Notes under the pieces: model-generated | What the model was told of the DNA's origin: nothing | What the model saw: only the letters and a program-made list of their open reading frames with translations | Database searches by the model: none | Made by a program: the position numbers and the translations under genes | Shown here: positions 37,475 through 47,008 of the stretch, piece by piece | Layout of the letters: each line of letters begins with the position of its first letter | Position numbering within the stretch: position 1 is the first letter of the stretch | NCBI GenBank assembly: GCA_964422835.1 | Contig: CAYRCR010000001.1 | Location: forward strand, 22,030-86,029 | DNA: 64,000 nucleotides | DNA from: an uncultured Gammaproteobacteria bacterium | Lineage (GTDB): Bacteria; Patescibacteriota; Microgenomatia; Daviesbacterales; UBA10151 | Reading direction: 5' to 3'

Positions 37475-39467
37475 ATTTTAACACTTGGACCCTTAACTCA
37501 TCATGAAAACATTGATTGGGTTTTTCCAATATTATTTTAATAAATTTCGCAGGGCGGGCAGCAAAGAAAAATTCTTTGTGTTTTTTTTCTTTAAACCGGC
37601 TGTCACTAAGTTGTTGTGCATGGAATAACTCTTCTTCCTTGTACCACTGCCCATCTTCTTTAGCAATCCATACTTCACCCATTACCGGACCGCAACTTTC
37701 TTTGTAATTAAAATCAAATATTAACCTGCTTAAAAGAATTTCTTTTGGTAAATTAATCATCAATAGATGGTCTTCCCCATCAACTGACAGTTCGGCAGGT
37801 GAAATTTCTTCCTGCAATCTCATATTTTTTTTAGTATGTTCCAAATCATTTTTCCAAACTTTAGCAATTGGAATTCCGTCAACAGTTACTTGATAGACCG
37901 GTTCAAGAAACTTATTTATATATTCCCAAATATAAGGATAATGGTGCATTGACCCTTGATGAGTAAGTTCAATAATATACTCACCTTCACGATAAATTCC
38001 GCTTCGATAAAAACCATCATAGTAACTTATATCTTTTCTTAACATCACCGGTGAAATATTAGTGTTTACTTTCTGGAGTAAAGCCAGTTTGGCATTAATT
38101 TCAGCATTTTGATTCAGCCACCAGATGGCTTGTAAATAGGCGTTACCAAAACTATTTCCCCAAAAAGGAATATTTTTTTCTTTGGCCCCGGCAATTCCTC
38201 CAATCAGCGAGTTAAAATAAACATTCTCATTTGGGTGCAATTTAACCAATACAAAAATATGAGGTAAGAATATAAGAATTATAGCTACGGGAATAATTAA
38301 TTTGACTACAGTATTTTTTTTGAATATCTTAAAATTGAGCCATTTGCTTAAATATTGGGCACCTAATCCTGCTAATAAAGCCATCGCCGGAATATATTCC
38401 ATAATTTGTCTTACTCCACCATAAGTTCTGGCGTAAGGTACACTTACCCGTATAATAGGAACGAGCAACCAAATCAGCCAAAGCAAAGCCACCTTATCCT
38501 GCTTTGTTCTTGTGAAAATGGTTTTTATTATTCCAACCATGGTAAGAATCAAAACCCAAGGGGGAGTTGTAATAATAATCCAAATCAAAGGATAAAGATT
38601 AATTTTAACTATCCAAAATATTCCAGCTTCTACATTAGAAGTCACCCCCCTTTCAATATAAAAGGAGATAACCCGAAATAGACCTTTTGGTTGGAACCAT
38701 AAATATGGCCATGTTCCTATAAAAATAGCAGCTACTACAATCGGAGATAATAGTAAAACCAGTCGAAATTTTTTGGGTAAATTTTTCCATACAAAAGATT
38801 TAGAATGTTCTAGCCAAAAATAAGGCCCAATAATTAGTGGCACAAATAAAACATTAAATTTGGTCCCTATGGCAAAAGCGAAACTTAAGACAGACATAAG
38901 CAACCATTTCCAATTTATTGTTTTTAACGCGTACCATAAACTAAAAATAACCGCCGTAAAAAATGTAGTTTCTACCGGGTCTTTTACATTGAAATGGGCT
39001 TCCCCGAAAAATAAAGGGTAAGAAGCCATTACAATTCCGGCAGTTAAACTAGCCAATAAGCCATAGGTCTTGTATGCAAAAATACCAATTAATAAAACTG
39101 AAATTGAGGAAACTAATACTCCAAATAAGTGGTGTGCCTCTATGTCACCTAAAATCCCCCATTTTTGATAGAAGAAATAATTTGTTAAAGCTGCCAGTAT
39201 CCCATTAAGGGGAGGATGTCCTCCATCATTTAAAAAGAAAAGCTTGGCAGTGTAATTATCATCCTGATAATAGCTGCGCCTTTCAGTCGATAAATTTCGG
39301 TAATCATCATTGCCCGTTAAAAAATAGTTCAGATAGGCCTGACCTCTAAAAAAATGGTCAGGCTCATCCCAGATAACTCCGTAATCTGAAAGTGTATTTA
39401 CTGTTATAATTAAAAACAAAATTGCAGGGAAAATTATTATTAATTTCTTAATACATCTAAAATGCAT
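37467..39467 (-). CDS. GT39/ArnT-like membrane glycosyltransferase with a roughly 250 aa C-terminal extracytoplasmic domain, possibly discoidin-like. Paralog of the 60185..62203 gene.
   Basis: 'DYGVIWDEPDHFFRGQAYLNYFLTG...NDGGHPPLNGILAAL...GDIEAHHLF' and C-terminal 'FNSLIGGIAGAKEKNIPFWGNSFGNAYLQ...VYQVTVDGIPIAKVWKNDLEHT'. Each of these is matched nearly residue-for-residue in the 60185 ORF. Confidence 0.65.
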   Translation of the reverse strand: MHFRCIKKLIIIFPAILFLIITVNTLSDYGVIWDEPDHFFRGQAYLNYFLTGNDDYRNLSTERRSYYQDDNYTAKLFFLNDGGHPPLNGILAALTNYFFYQKWGILGDIEAHHLFGVLVSSISVLLIGIFAYKTYGLLASLTAGIVMASYPLFFGEAHFNVKDPVETTFFTAVIFSLWYALKTINWKWLLMSVLSFAFAIGTKFNVLFVPLIIGPYFWLEHSKSFVWKNLPKKFRLVLLLSPIVVAAIFIGTWPYLWFQPKGLFRVISFYIERGVTSNVEAGIFWIVKINLYPLIWIIITTPPWVLILTMVGIIKTIFTRTKQDKVALLWLIWLLVPIIRVSVPYARTYGGVRQIMEYIPAMALLAGLGAQYLSKWLNFKIFKKNTVVKLIIPVAIILIFLPHIFVLVKLHPNENVYFNSLIGGIAGAKEKNIPFWGNSFGNAYLQAIWWLNQNAEINAKLALLQKVNTNISPVMLRKDISYYDGFYRSGIYREGEYIIELTHQGSMHHYPYIWEYINKFLEPVYQVTVDGIPIAKVWKNDLEHTKKNMRLQEEISPAELSVDGEDHLLMINLPKEILLSRLIFDFNYKESCGPVMGEVWIAKEDGQWYKEEELFHAQQLSDSRFKEKKHKEFFFAARPAKFIKIILEKPNQCFHDELRVQVLKFI

Positions 39468-39504
39468 TGTTTTATTTTATTAAGTCTAAAGGTAAAATGA
39501 TACC

Positions 39505-41490
39505 ATGAAAATACCCATATTTGCATTTGTAGTAATTGGGCTTGCAACATTTGTTATTTATCTGCCCATCTTATTTAATCCACAAATTGTTTTAGGCCGG
39601 GGCAACGATTTACAGGAACAGTTTTGGCCAATTTTTAATTTTATTCAACAGCAAACCTGGCAGCATCATAGTTTCCCTTTATGGAATAATTTATTTTCAT
39701 CAGGACTACCTCTCCTCCCTGATCCCCAGTTTGCTTTCTTTTACCCTCCTAATTTACTTTTTCTTTTTTTACCCACCAATATTGCTTTTATTACTTCTTT
39801 TTTCTTACACACCCTTATTGGAGGTATGGGAATTTATCTAGCATCAAAGGTATGCTTTAAATTTTCCGGAACTACAAGTGTATTTACTTCAATAATTTAT
39901 ATTTTTTCTCCAAAGCTAGGAGGATATCTTGAAGCGGGGCATTATGGACTGGTTGCCTCCTGGGCTTGGTTTCCCTATATTATTATTGCCGTTTGGATGC
40001 TTGCCAAAAATCCCAAATTATCCTGGTCTATCTTATTGTCAACCGCATTGGCAGGTATTTTTTTTACTCACTCAATAACTTTCATTCTTGCAGCAATAAC
40101 AGCCGGATTATTTTTCATAACCATTTTGGTTTTAGATTTTTCCTTAAAAAAATGGTTCAAACCTTCAACCTATTTTATCATAAGTATTATTATTACATTT
40201 GGCTTAACCGCTATTACATTTCTACCCCAAATTGAATGGATACCACAAACAACCAGATTACTACTCATCCACGATCGCGATGTATACCCAAAATGGCTTT
40301 CTTTAAAGGAATTTATACAAAACATCTTCTATCCTTGGATAAACGGTCTCAAGGATATGCAAAATATAGATACGGAAAAATGGCTTAGTATGGGTTTTGG
40401 TACTTCATTACTGGCATTAGTTGGTTTTCTAAGATTACAAATAAAATATAAAATTTTTCTACTACTTGGATCCCTGATAATTATATTTATAAGCACAAAT
40501 AACGCGTCTCCTATTTATCATTTACTAATTTCTCAAGATTGGTTTGTTTTAATGAGAGTCTCAACAAGAATATGGTTTTTACAAGTTCTAATCATCGTCT
40601 TGCTTGCCGGATTCGGTTTCGAATCTCTCTCCAAAATAAAATTATCCCGCAAATACCTTGTTATATTTTCAACTCTGGCGATTTTAGAAATGTTATCACT
40701 ATCCTGGTCCCGATTATTTATTCCAATTGCAGCTCAATCCCGCTATGTCAGTAAGGAAATCTATCAGTTTTTAAAATCTGACAGAGACCGTTTTAGAATT
40801 TTTTGTGTTAACAGATGTTTATCACAACAAGACGCTGCCAAGGCAAATTTAGAATTAATCGAAGGATATAACACACTTCAGCAAATGAATTATTATAAAC
40901 ATATATGGCAGCTTAGCGGTGGATATTGGAATTATTATACACTTGCTTTACCGCCAACGGGAATTTATACTTTTCAAAAACCCCAACCTGATGCAATATC
41001 ATTGGGCCTTTACAACACAAAATATGTGGTCTCACCCTATCAACTGACTGACGATAACTTCAACCCGATAAATAAATTTGGCAACTTTTATCTCTATAAA
41101 AATATGGCCTTCAGACAAAGGGCATATTTTAAATCAAATGATGGTGAAGTTGACCCTTCTGCGCCCATCATTATATACTCTCCAAATTATATTAAAGTCG
41201 ATACTTCCGCCCAAAAATCTAAGTCATTAATACTTTCCGAAGTGTACAGCAAAGGATGGCATGCTTATCTTAACGGAAAAGAAGAAGTAGACATCCAAGA
41301 AACTCCCAATGCGCTTCGCCAAGTGGACATCAATAAGGACACCAAATTTGTGGAATTTGAATATTCACCTAACAGTTTTAAAATCGGCAGCTCTATTACA
41401 ATAGTGACAATATTATTTATATTGCTAGTCCTAACCAGAATAAACATTATTAGTACCTTTAAAAGAAACAGAAATTCCCGTAGTCAATAA
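39505..41490 (+). CDS. YfhO-like polytopic membrane protein (GT-C candidate).
   Basis: 'GRGNDLQEQFWPIFNFIQQQTWQHHSFPLWNNLFSSGLPLLPDPQFAFFYPPNL' resembles the conserved N-terminal region of YfhO-family proteins. 661 aa, with a final C-terminal TM helix. Confidence 0.45.
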   Translation: MKIPIFAFVVIGLATFVIYLPILFNPQIVLGRGNDLQEQFWPIFNFIQQQTWQHHSFPLWNNLFSSGLPLLPDPQFAFFYPPNLLFLFLPTNIAFITSFFLHTLIGGMGIYLASKVCFKFSGTTSVFTSIIYIFSPKLGGYLEAGHYGLVASWAWFPYIIIAVWMLAKNPKLSWSILLSTALAGIFFTHSITFILAAITAGLFFITILVLDFSLKKWFKPSTYFIISIIITFGLTAITFLPQIEWIPQTTRLLLIHDRDVYPKWLSLKEFIQNIFYPWINGLKDMQNIDTEKWLSMGFGTSLLALVGFLRLQIKYKIFLLLGSLIIIFISTNNASPIYHLLISQDWFVLMRVSTRIWFLQVLIIVLLAGFGFESLSKIKLSRKYLVIFSTLAILEMLSLSWSRLFIPIAAQSRYVSKEIYQFLKSDRDRFRIFCVNRCLSQQDAAKANLELIEGYNTLQQMNYYKHIWQLSGGYWNYYTLALPPTGIYTFQKPQPDAISLGLYNTKYVVSPYQLTDDNFNPINKFGNFYLYKNMAFRQRAYFKSNDGEVDPSAPIIIYSPNYIKVDTSAQKSKSLILSEVYSKGWHAYLNGKEEVDIQETPNALRQVDINKDTKFVEFEYSPNSFKIGSSITIVTILFILLVLTRINIISTFKRNRNSRSQ

Positions 41491-42971
41491 GGAAATTGCG
41501 CAACATGGAAAATAACTTTCATCTTATCAATATCATCGGGGATGGCAGACACATCCTCAAAATATACCCGCAGTAAATTATCTTTATATAATAATTTTAA
41601 AGCATCCCCTCCTGATAAAATATAGAACGCCTGTTTTGATGAATTACCCCATTCCCTGGCAATTTTTGGGTAATTAGGATCATTTCTTATATAAAAGACT
41701 GCACCTTGTGGCAAGCTTGGGTACTTTTTTTTGATTTCTGAAAGCAAGTACTTTGCAGCAGAGCCTCTTTTAGCCGCCCAGTAAGTCAATTTATTCAGTT
41801 CAGTAGTTTGGTAAGAGATTACGATGAGCGACACAATGATTAAGACAGTCGTAATTTTGCCAATTTTTTTAAGATCCCACAAAGAGGAAAGGGAAAAAGC
41901 TAGAACCATGGAGAACCAAACCATCGAAAAACTCAGATAAAAAGTTGATTTATGTTGTGGAAAAAACAAAAATGGCGAAAGAGCCATTAAATAGGAAGAT
42001 ATAAAAAATAAAAAAATCCTGTTTTTAATAAACTTTCTTTTGAATTTAATTATCAAACCTATTATTGTAAAAAGAACAAGTCCTAAAAGTGGCATAACAA
42101 TTCCAAGGTAGGTACCATACCATTTCAAAAGGTTTGGATTTATTTTTAAACTGGGGCCAATAAAATCAATTAATATTTCAGAAAGCCCAAAACTCCAAAT
42201 GGTATACCAAATTAAAGAGTTAAGTATACTTTTAGGCGATAAAATAGGCTGATAAACCTGTTCAGAAGGGAGATGAATAAACAATGAAGTGGTAAATAAA
42301 TAAAAAAATGCAATTAAAGCAAAAGGGAGGAGCCGCATTATAATGAATTTAAAATTTCTTGTAGAAAATTTACCGTTTATACAAAATAATTCTGCCAAAA
42401 AAATTATACCCGGTAACACAATTGACATTTCATGACTTAATAGCGACAAAATGAAAAAAAATATCGAAAGCAGGTATTTCGTTACTTTTCTTTCCACTAA
42501 AAAAATAACGTACACTGCAACGCTTAATAAAAGAAAAAAAGTTGCCAAGAGTGTTTGAACAGAGGCAAGATAATAAAGCTCTACACTATGAATAGAACTG
42601 GCTGCATAAATTACTGTCGATACATACGTAATAAATTTATTTTTGGACACTGCTCTTGCTAATATAAAAATAAGAATAATATTGCAGCTGATCAAAAAAT
42701 AATTTACTAAATGAAACGGCAGTGGATTTAAACCGAAAGAACGATACATTATTAAGTTAAATGTTTCTCTGGATAACGGCCTGAAGAACGCATATTCTTT
42801 CTGAAGAGAAAAAAAGAAGGATGGGATATCCTGATAAGTTTTATTCATCACTACCCTTAAATGGAAGAAGTCATCCTGTGAAAAAAAAGAATTTAAAACC
42901 GAGGAAAAATGGATTAGAAGTAGAACAATTATCGCAATAAAGGTAAAATTATTTAGAATTTTTTGTTTCAT
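41484..42971 (-). CDS. Polytopic membrane protein, GT-C candidate. Same family as the 49637 / 51340 / 53426 ORFs.
   Basis: 'FFSQDDFFHLRVV' acidic motif after helix 1; 495 aa with more than 10 helices. Confidence 0.45.
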   Translation of the reverse strand: MKQKILNNFTFIAIIVLLLIHFSSVLNSFFSQDDFFHLRVVMNKTYQDIPSFFFSLQKEYAFFRPLSRETFNLIMYRSFGLNPLPFHLVNYFLISCNIILIFILARAVSKNKFITYVSTVIYAASSIHSVELYYLASVQTLLATFFLLLSVAVYVIFLVERKVTKYLLSIFFFILSLLSHEMSIVLPGIIFLAELFCINGKFSTRNFKFIIMRLLPFALIAFFYLFTTSLFIHLPSEQVYQPILSPKSILNSLIWYTIWSFGLSEILIDFIGPSLKINPNLLKWYGTYLGIVMPLLGLVLFTIIGLIIKFKRKFIKNRIFLFFISSYLMALSPFLFFPQHKSTFYLSFSMVWFSMVLAFSLSSLWDLKKIGKITTVLIIVSLIVISYQTTELNKLTYWAAKRGSAAKYLLSEIKKKYPSLPQGAVFYIRNDPNYPKIAREWGNSSKQAFYILSGGDALKLLYKDNLLRVYFEDVSAIPDDIDKMKVIFHVAQFPY

Positions 42972-43371
42972 CTTTTTTTACTGATTTATTAAAAATAACC
43001 TCAACTATCATAGTCCCTACCCCAACTACCAAGGCCTCATAAGCATAAACTGCTGTTCTTTCAGCCCAAATATTTACTCCAGCTACCCGTAAGAAAGCGG
43101 CGAATAACCAAAAAAGCCCGGTTAGTATAAACACTCCATTGCTTTTAAATTTTAAGAGGAATATTAATAAAATAAGGCTCACCATAACTATCAGGTTAAT
43201 ATTAATTTCAAAAAAGGGGGCAAAATAACCCGCAGAACGAAGAAGTAATAAGGAAATTAAAACAAGGTTAAAAATAAATATTCCTAAAATATTTTCATTT
43301 GCCCACCTTTTTAATATGTCGAGGTTATTCAAATATAATTTCTTAGCTGCCTTTTTCATATTTTCTCCCAA
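42949..43371 (-). CDS. Small 4-TM membrane protein (GtrA-like flippase subunit?).
   Basis: 140 aa, four hydrophobic helices, translationally coupled to flanking GT-C genes. The family assignment is speculative. Confidence 0.35.
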   Translation of the reverse strand: MGENMKKAAKKLYLNNLDILKRWANENILGIFIFNLVLISLLLLRSAGYFAPFFEININLIVMVSLILLIFLLKFKSNGVFILTGLFWLFAAFLRVAGVNIWAERTAVYAYEALVVGVGTMIVEVIFNKSVKKDETKNSK

Positions 43372-46300
43372 TTCGATTTTTAATAGTAAATATTAAAAAA
43401 ATTCCCAGAGCGGCAATGAAAACTCCAGAGGATACCAGTATACCGTATAAGAACAAATTCTGGGGTTGATAATAAATTCTAATATTATAATTTTCGGGCA
43501 TATTATCCAGAAACCAGCCGTTAGCATATGAATTAGCGGAAAAATGTAGCGGCTTTATTGGAAGCTCCCCTTTTTCGTCGAATATTGAAAGACGCCATTG
43601 TGGAGAGTAATTCTCTGAAAATATAATTAAATGAGGTTTAGAACCCCCTCTAACAACACCCTCATATAATACAGGAGAACTTTTTTCAAACTCAATAACA
43701 GGAGGCGTAAACCGAGCAACTTGTTCTTCATTCATTAAAAATAACTTGTTAGAAAAAATCCGATTGATTTTAAAGTCATCATAAAAAACTTTTGTCCCCA
43801 GAGGGTCACTAGTACCAGGAGCTTCCAAATCAACCAGAAATTTGGAACCAATCCTATTTGGCTCATAAAAGGTACTAAAAATTCTCCATTCAGGATAGTT
43901 AGGAAGAAGCTCACCCTGAAGTTTGGCCAATAAATCATCTTTAACTTGGGAAATTAACATATTTGCCGGTCTTCCGTACACTTGCTTATATTTAATCTCA
44001 AGGTAAAAATCACTCAAAGGATCAAAATCAGACACTTCAAAACGTGCCCCCATACTTTTACCATCAAAATTTATGATACTTAAATATTTATTCTGTAAAT
44101 TATCTGTGATAATTTCAAATTTTCCTTTGTTTTCCCCCCTTACAACTTCTTCAAAACTTATTCCATCATTAAAACTCCCTCCAAAAATAAGGTTCTTATT
44201 AATAAGCCTTATTAAAATAATATGCTGCCCAGCCGAAAATAATACTGGCTTAAAGTAAAAATACGAATCATTACTTTTATCGAATTCTAAAACTTTAGTT
44301 TTGCCATCTATTTCAACTATTAGTCCGGAAGCTACATCCAGTCCAAAATCAGTAATGCGAAATTTTTCGAGTACTGGGATATAAGTGCCTACCCTTGGCA
44401 ATGTAAATTTATAATCAACTCGAGATAGATCTGAACTTATGTTTTGTGTGGAAATGGATGTATCAGGATTCTTAAAAGAATCTAGTGCCTTTACTTGCGA
44501 ATTTTCTGCGATAAAAATCCTTCCACTACCTTCCTCAATACCAGAAATTTGTTTAATGTTATTATCCTCTGGATTAAGAAGTATGCTTCTTTGTGGAAGC
44601 ACTGCAAATGCTTGTTCCTCTTGAATCATTGGATAAGAAAAAAATACTTTTTCAGCAATGAAAATCTTTGGGGTAAAATTATTTCTAGTCAAATCGTAAA
44701 AATGCCAATCACCGAATTGTTGATTTGCATATTTTATAATTGAAGGTGGCAAATTAAGAGCACTACTATTCTGATCATTTTTATAGAAAATTTGAGACAC
44801 ACCAAGCTTCCCGGCAATATTTTCAGCGGCACTAATCTGACCTTTTTTTAGGTTTGTGTAAAACATCCGAATTATTTTTGCTAAAGGAGAATCCGATGCA
44901 GAAAAAGGAGTAAATATAACTTCATGGTCAGATAGAAGCGCCAAAATTGAGTCAATACCCCGATATCCCCATTTAAAACTTTCAATTTCGTCGTCAGGGT
45001 AACTTATAATACGGCCAGATTTGACATTATCTAAATTATTTCCCGCATCAAAAACATATTTGGGAAAATCAACAAAAAATCCATCAATTCTCCCGGGCCG
45101 GAAAATTTCACCTGAAATTTGCGGATATGTATATTTTAAATTCGCCAAAATTAAAACAAAAGCAGCAAGGCTGACTACCTTTTTCAATAAACTTGGGCCA
45201 ATCCATTCCGTTAATCTTTTTTTCTCCAAAATAGATTGAGTAAGCAAACTCGTTAAACCAGCAAGAGATAGAATTACAAGAGGAGTAAAAATATACCACG
45301 GGCTTCTGAATAGGGTAAAAAAGGGCACATGGTCGGATAAGAAACGGTAAATTCCACCTGTTGGGAAATGCGTACCTGCCCCCAAAAAAGTACCCAATAT
45401 AAACATAGTACCAAAATTTAAATAAAGATTATTTTTAGCTTCAATACGGAAAATTAAGGAAAATATCGCAAGTAAAGGGATGAGGAAGCTAAAACCTAAA
45501 AACGCCGGATTTTCAAAATAAACGGTTGCGTAAGGAATATAAAAGGGTTTATGTGTATCCAGATCTATTGCATACCAATCCCAAGCTCCTTGAATCCTCA
45601 TTACATTCAGTAGACTTGTATTTTCGGAAATACTGTCAACCCAGTTTCTAAATCCCATTTTATCTATGCTTCCGGTAGGTGAAATATTAGAAGCAATAAA
45701 ATGTGCAGCTGGTAAAATCCAAAAAAGGTTAACAGATATTAAAACAATAAATACGAAAATTAAATCTCTTCCACTTCTGAAAAAAAATCGCATATTAAAA
45801 TTAACAAATATTCCTCCCAAGAAATAAATTAAAAGTACAAAAAAGAAAACGGCAAAATAAGCCGGATTTATTCCGGATCCCGAGAGAATAATTCCGGTTA
45901 AAACTATAAGAAAAAAAGCTTGATAATACTTTAGGGTGCCATCTACCATTTTCTGAAGAATTGCAAGGCCTAGCGGTATTGCTGCAACCAACGCAAGATT
46001 GGCAACTTTAACATTTTCCCAACTATTAAAAAGGTAGATATTAAACGAGTAAAGGCTTACAAAAAGAACCTGGATAAGTAATTTTCCGGGGATAATTATT
46101 CTTGCAAAAATAAATGAAGATATTACAATCAATCCAAACCAAAAAATAAAACTAATAAGCTCAACCTGCTGTAAGGGTAAACCCAAAAGATAGGGGATAA
46201 CTTGAACAGAATGAAAAAAAAGCCCTGCTATAGAAGAGGAAAAATCTGATCCAGCATTAATAACTGAATTCCAAACGAACATACGCCTTGCAAACCATAT

Positions 46301-46432
46301 TTCCGGGTTAAGCGGAAAATTAGTATCTACCCCATTGATTAGGACATTGCCCCTTCCCCAAAACCACATTAGCGGAGTCAGTGAAAAGATTATAATAATT
46401 AAGATTGGCCAATATTTAAAAAAATATTTCAT
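43343..46432 (-). CDS. Very large (1029 aa) membrane protein with an approximately 600 aa extracytoplasmic C-terminal region and a terminal TM anchor. GT-C / arabinofuranosyltransferase-like (DUF3367-like?) candidate.
   Basis: N-terminal roughly 400 aa of hydrophobic helices with 'WFWGRGNVLINGVDTNFPLNPEIWFARRMF' after helix 1. A long soluble region follows, and the last approximately 30 aa are hydrophobic ('LYGILVSSGVFIAALGIFLIFTI'). Confidence 0.45.
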   Translation of the reverse strand: MKYFFKYWPILIIIIFSLTPLMWFWGRGNVLINGVDTNFPLNPEIWFARRMFVWNSVINAGSDFSSSIAGLFFHSVQVIPYLLGLPLQQVELISFIFWFGLIVISSFIFARIIIPGKLLIQVLFVSLYSFNIYLFNSWENVKVANLALVAAIPLGLAILQKMVDGTLKYYQAFFLIVLTGIILSGSGINPAYFAVFFFVLLIYFLGGIFVNFNMRFFFRSGRDLIFVFIVLISVNLFWILPAAHFIASNISPTGSIDKMGFRNWVDSISENTSLLNVMRIQGAWDWYAIDLDTHKPFYIPYATVYFENPAFLGFSFLIPLLAIFSLIFRIEAKNNLYLNFGTMFILGTFLGAGTHFPTGGIYRFLSDHVPFFTLFRSPWYIFTPLVILSLAGLTSLLTQSILEKKRLTEWIGPSLLKKVVSLAAFVLILANLKYTYPQISGEIFRPGRIDGFFVDFPKYVFDAGNNLDNVKSGRIISYPDDEIESFKWGYRGIDSILALLSDHEVIFTPFSASDSPLAKIIRMFYTNLKKGQISAAENIAGKLGVSQIFYKNDQNSSALNLPPSIIKYANQQFGDWHFYDLTRNNFTPKIFIAEKVFFSYPMIQEEQAFAVLPQRSILLNPEDNNIKQISGIEEGSGRIFIAENSQVKALDSFKNPDTSISTQNISSDLSRVDYKFTLPRVGTYIPVLEKFRITDFGLDVASGLIVEIDGKTKVLEFDKSNDSYFYFKPVLFSAGQHIILIRLINKNLIFGGSFNDGISFEEVVRGENKGKFEIITDNLQNKYLSIINFDGKSMGARFEVSDFDPLSDFYLEIKYKQVYGRPANMLISQVKDDLLAKLQGELLPNYPEWRIFSTFYEPNRIGSKFLVDLEAPGTSDPLGTKVFYDDFKINRIFSNKLFLMNEEQVARFTPPVIEFEKSSPVLYEGVVRGGSKPHLIIFSENYSPQWRLSIFDEKGELPIKPLHFSANSYANGWFLDNMPENYNIRIYYQPQNLFLYGILVSSGVFIAALGIFLIFTIKNRIGRKYEKGS

Positions 46433-46496
46433 TCTCCACAGCTCGAGCTCAATCCGTACTTTACCATATTTGTGAGGAATTAGCTTAAGGTTATTT

Positions 46497-46988
46497 TTAA
46501 TTTATCTTATCAATGAATATTTTAACGGTGTTTATGTCATTTTCCAGTAGTCTCCACCAACCCGAGCCAAATTCAAAATTCCTTTGCAGTGTATCGAGAA
46601 TCTTCAGGTGTTCCCTGTACATTTGTTTTATTTGTTCTTTATCAGCAACATTCTTTTGGGATGCAATTAAATCCCCAAGCCTTCCTACATATGTAGCATA
46701 GCGGCTTGACTGTTCCTCTACAGCATCTCCTTCCCCACGCCTTATTACTAAATCAAGCTCTCCTAATCTTTTCTCAACCAAATATTTCTGGTAGGAAAGC
46801 TTATCTTTGTCTGAAAATTTAAAAAAAAGTGTTATTTTTTCTTTTAATCTTTCAATAGGATTTACTACCTCCTCGACTTTCAAAAGCGCATCGGAAGCTG
46901 ATCCGGCCCATTCATCGGCTGTAACCAATTGAGGGGCAAGTAAAAATGAAAATAGAAAAAATAATGGAAGCAGAAAAACCTTTGCCAT
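46497..46988 (-). CDS. Secreted hypothetical protein (signal peptide).
   Basis: 'MAKVFLLPLFFLFSFLLAPQLVTADEW' signal peptide; 163 aa, charged/helical remainder. Confidence 0.5.
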   Translation of the reverse strand: MAKVFLLPLFFLFSFLLAPQLVTADEWAGSASDALLKVEEVVNPIERLKEKITLFFKFSDKDKLSYQKYLVEKRLGELDLVIRRGEGDAVEEQSSRYATYVGRLGDLIASQKNVADKEQIKQMYREHLKILDTLQRNFEFGSGWWRLLENDINTVKIFIDKIN

Positions 46989-47008
46989 TGTACATTATAA
47001 TATACGAT

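Noticed and set aside
43343-46432. A firm call of the 1029-aa protein as arabinofuranosyltransferase AftD.
   Set aside because: Only a vague resemblance in architecture (large GT-C plus a long ectodomain) and first-loop context. No diagnostic motif was recognised by eye, so it is kept as a low-confidence family suggestion only.
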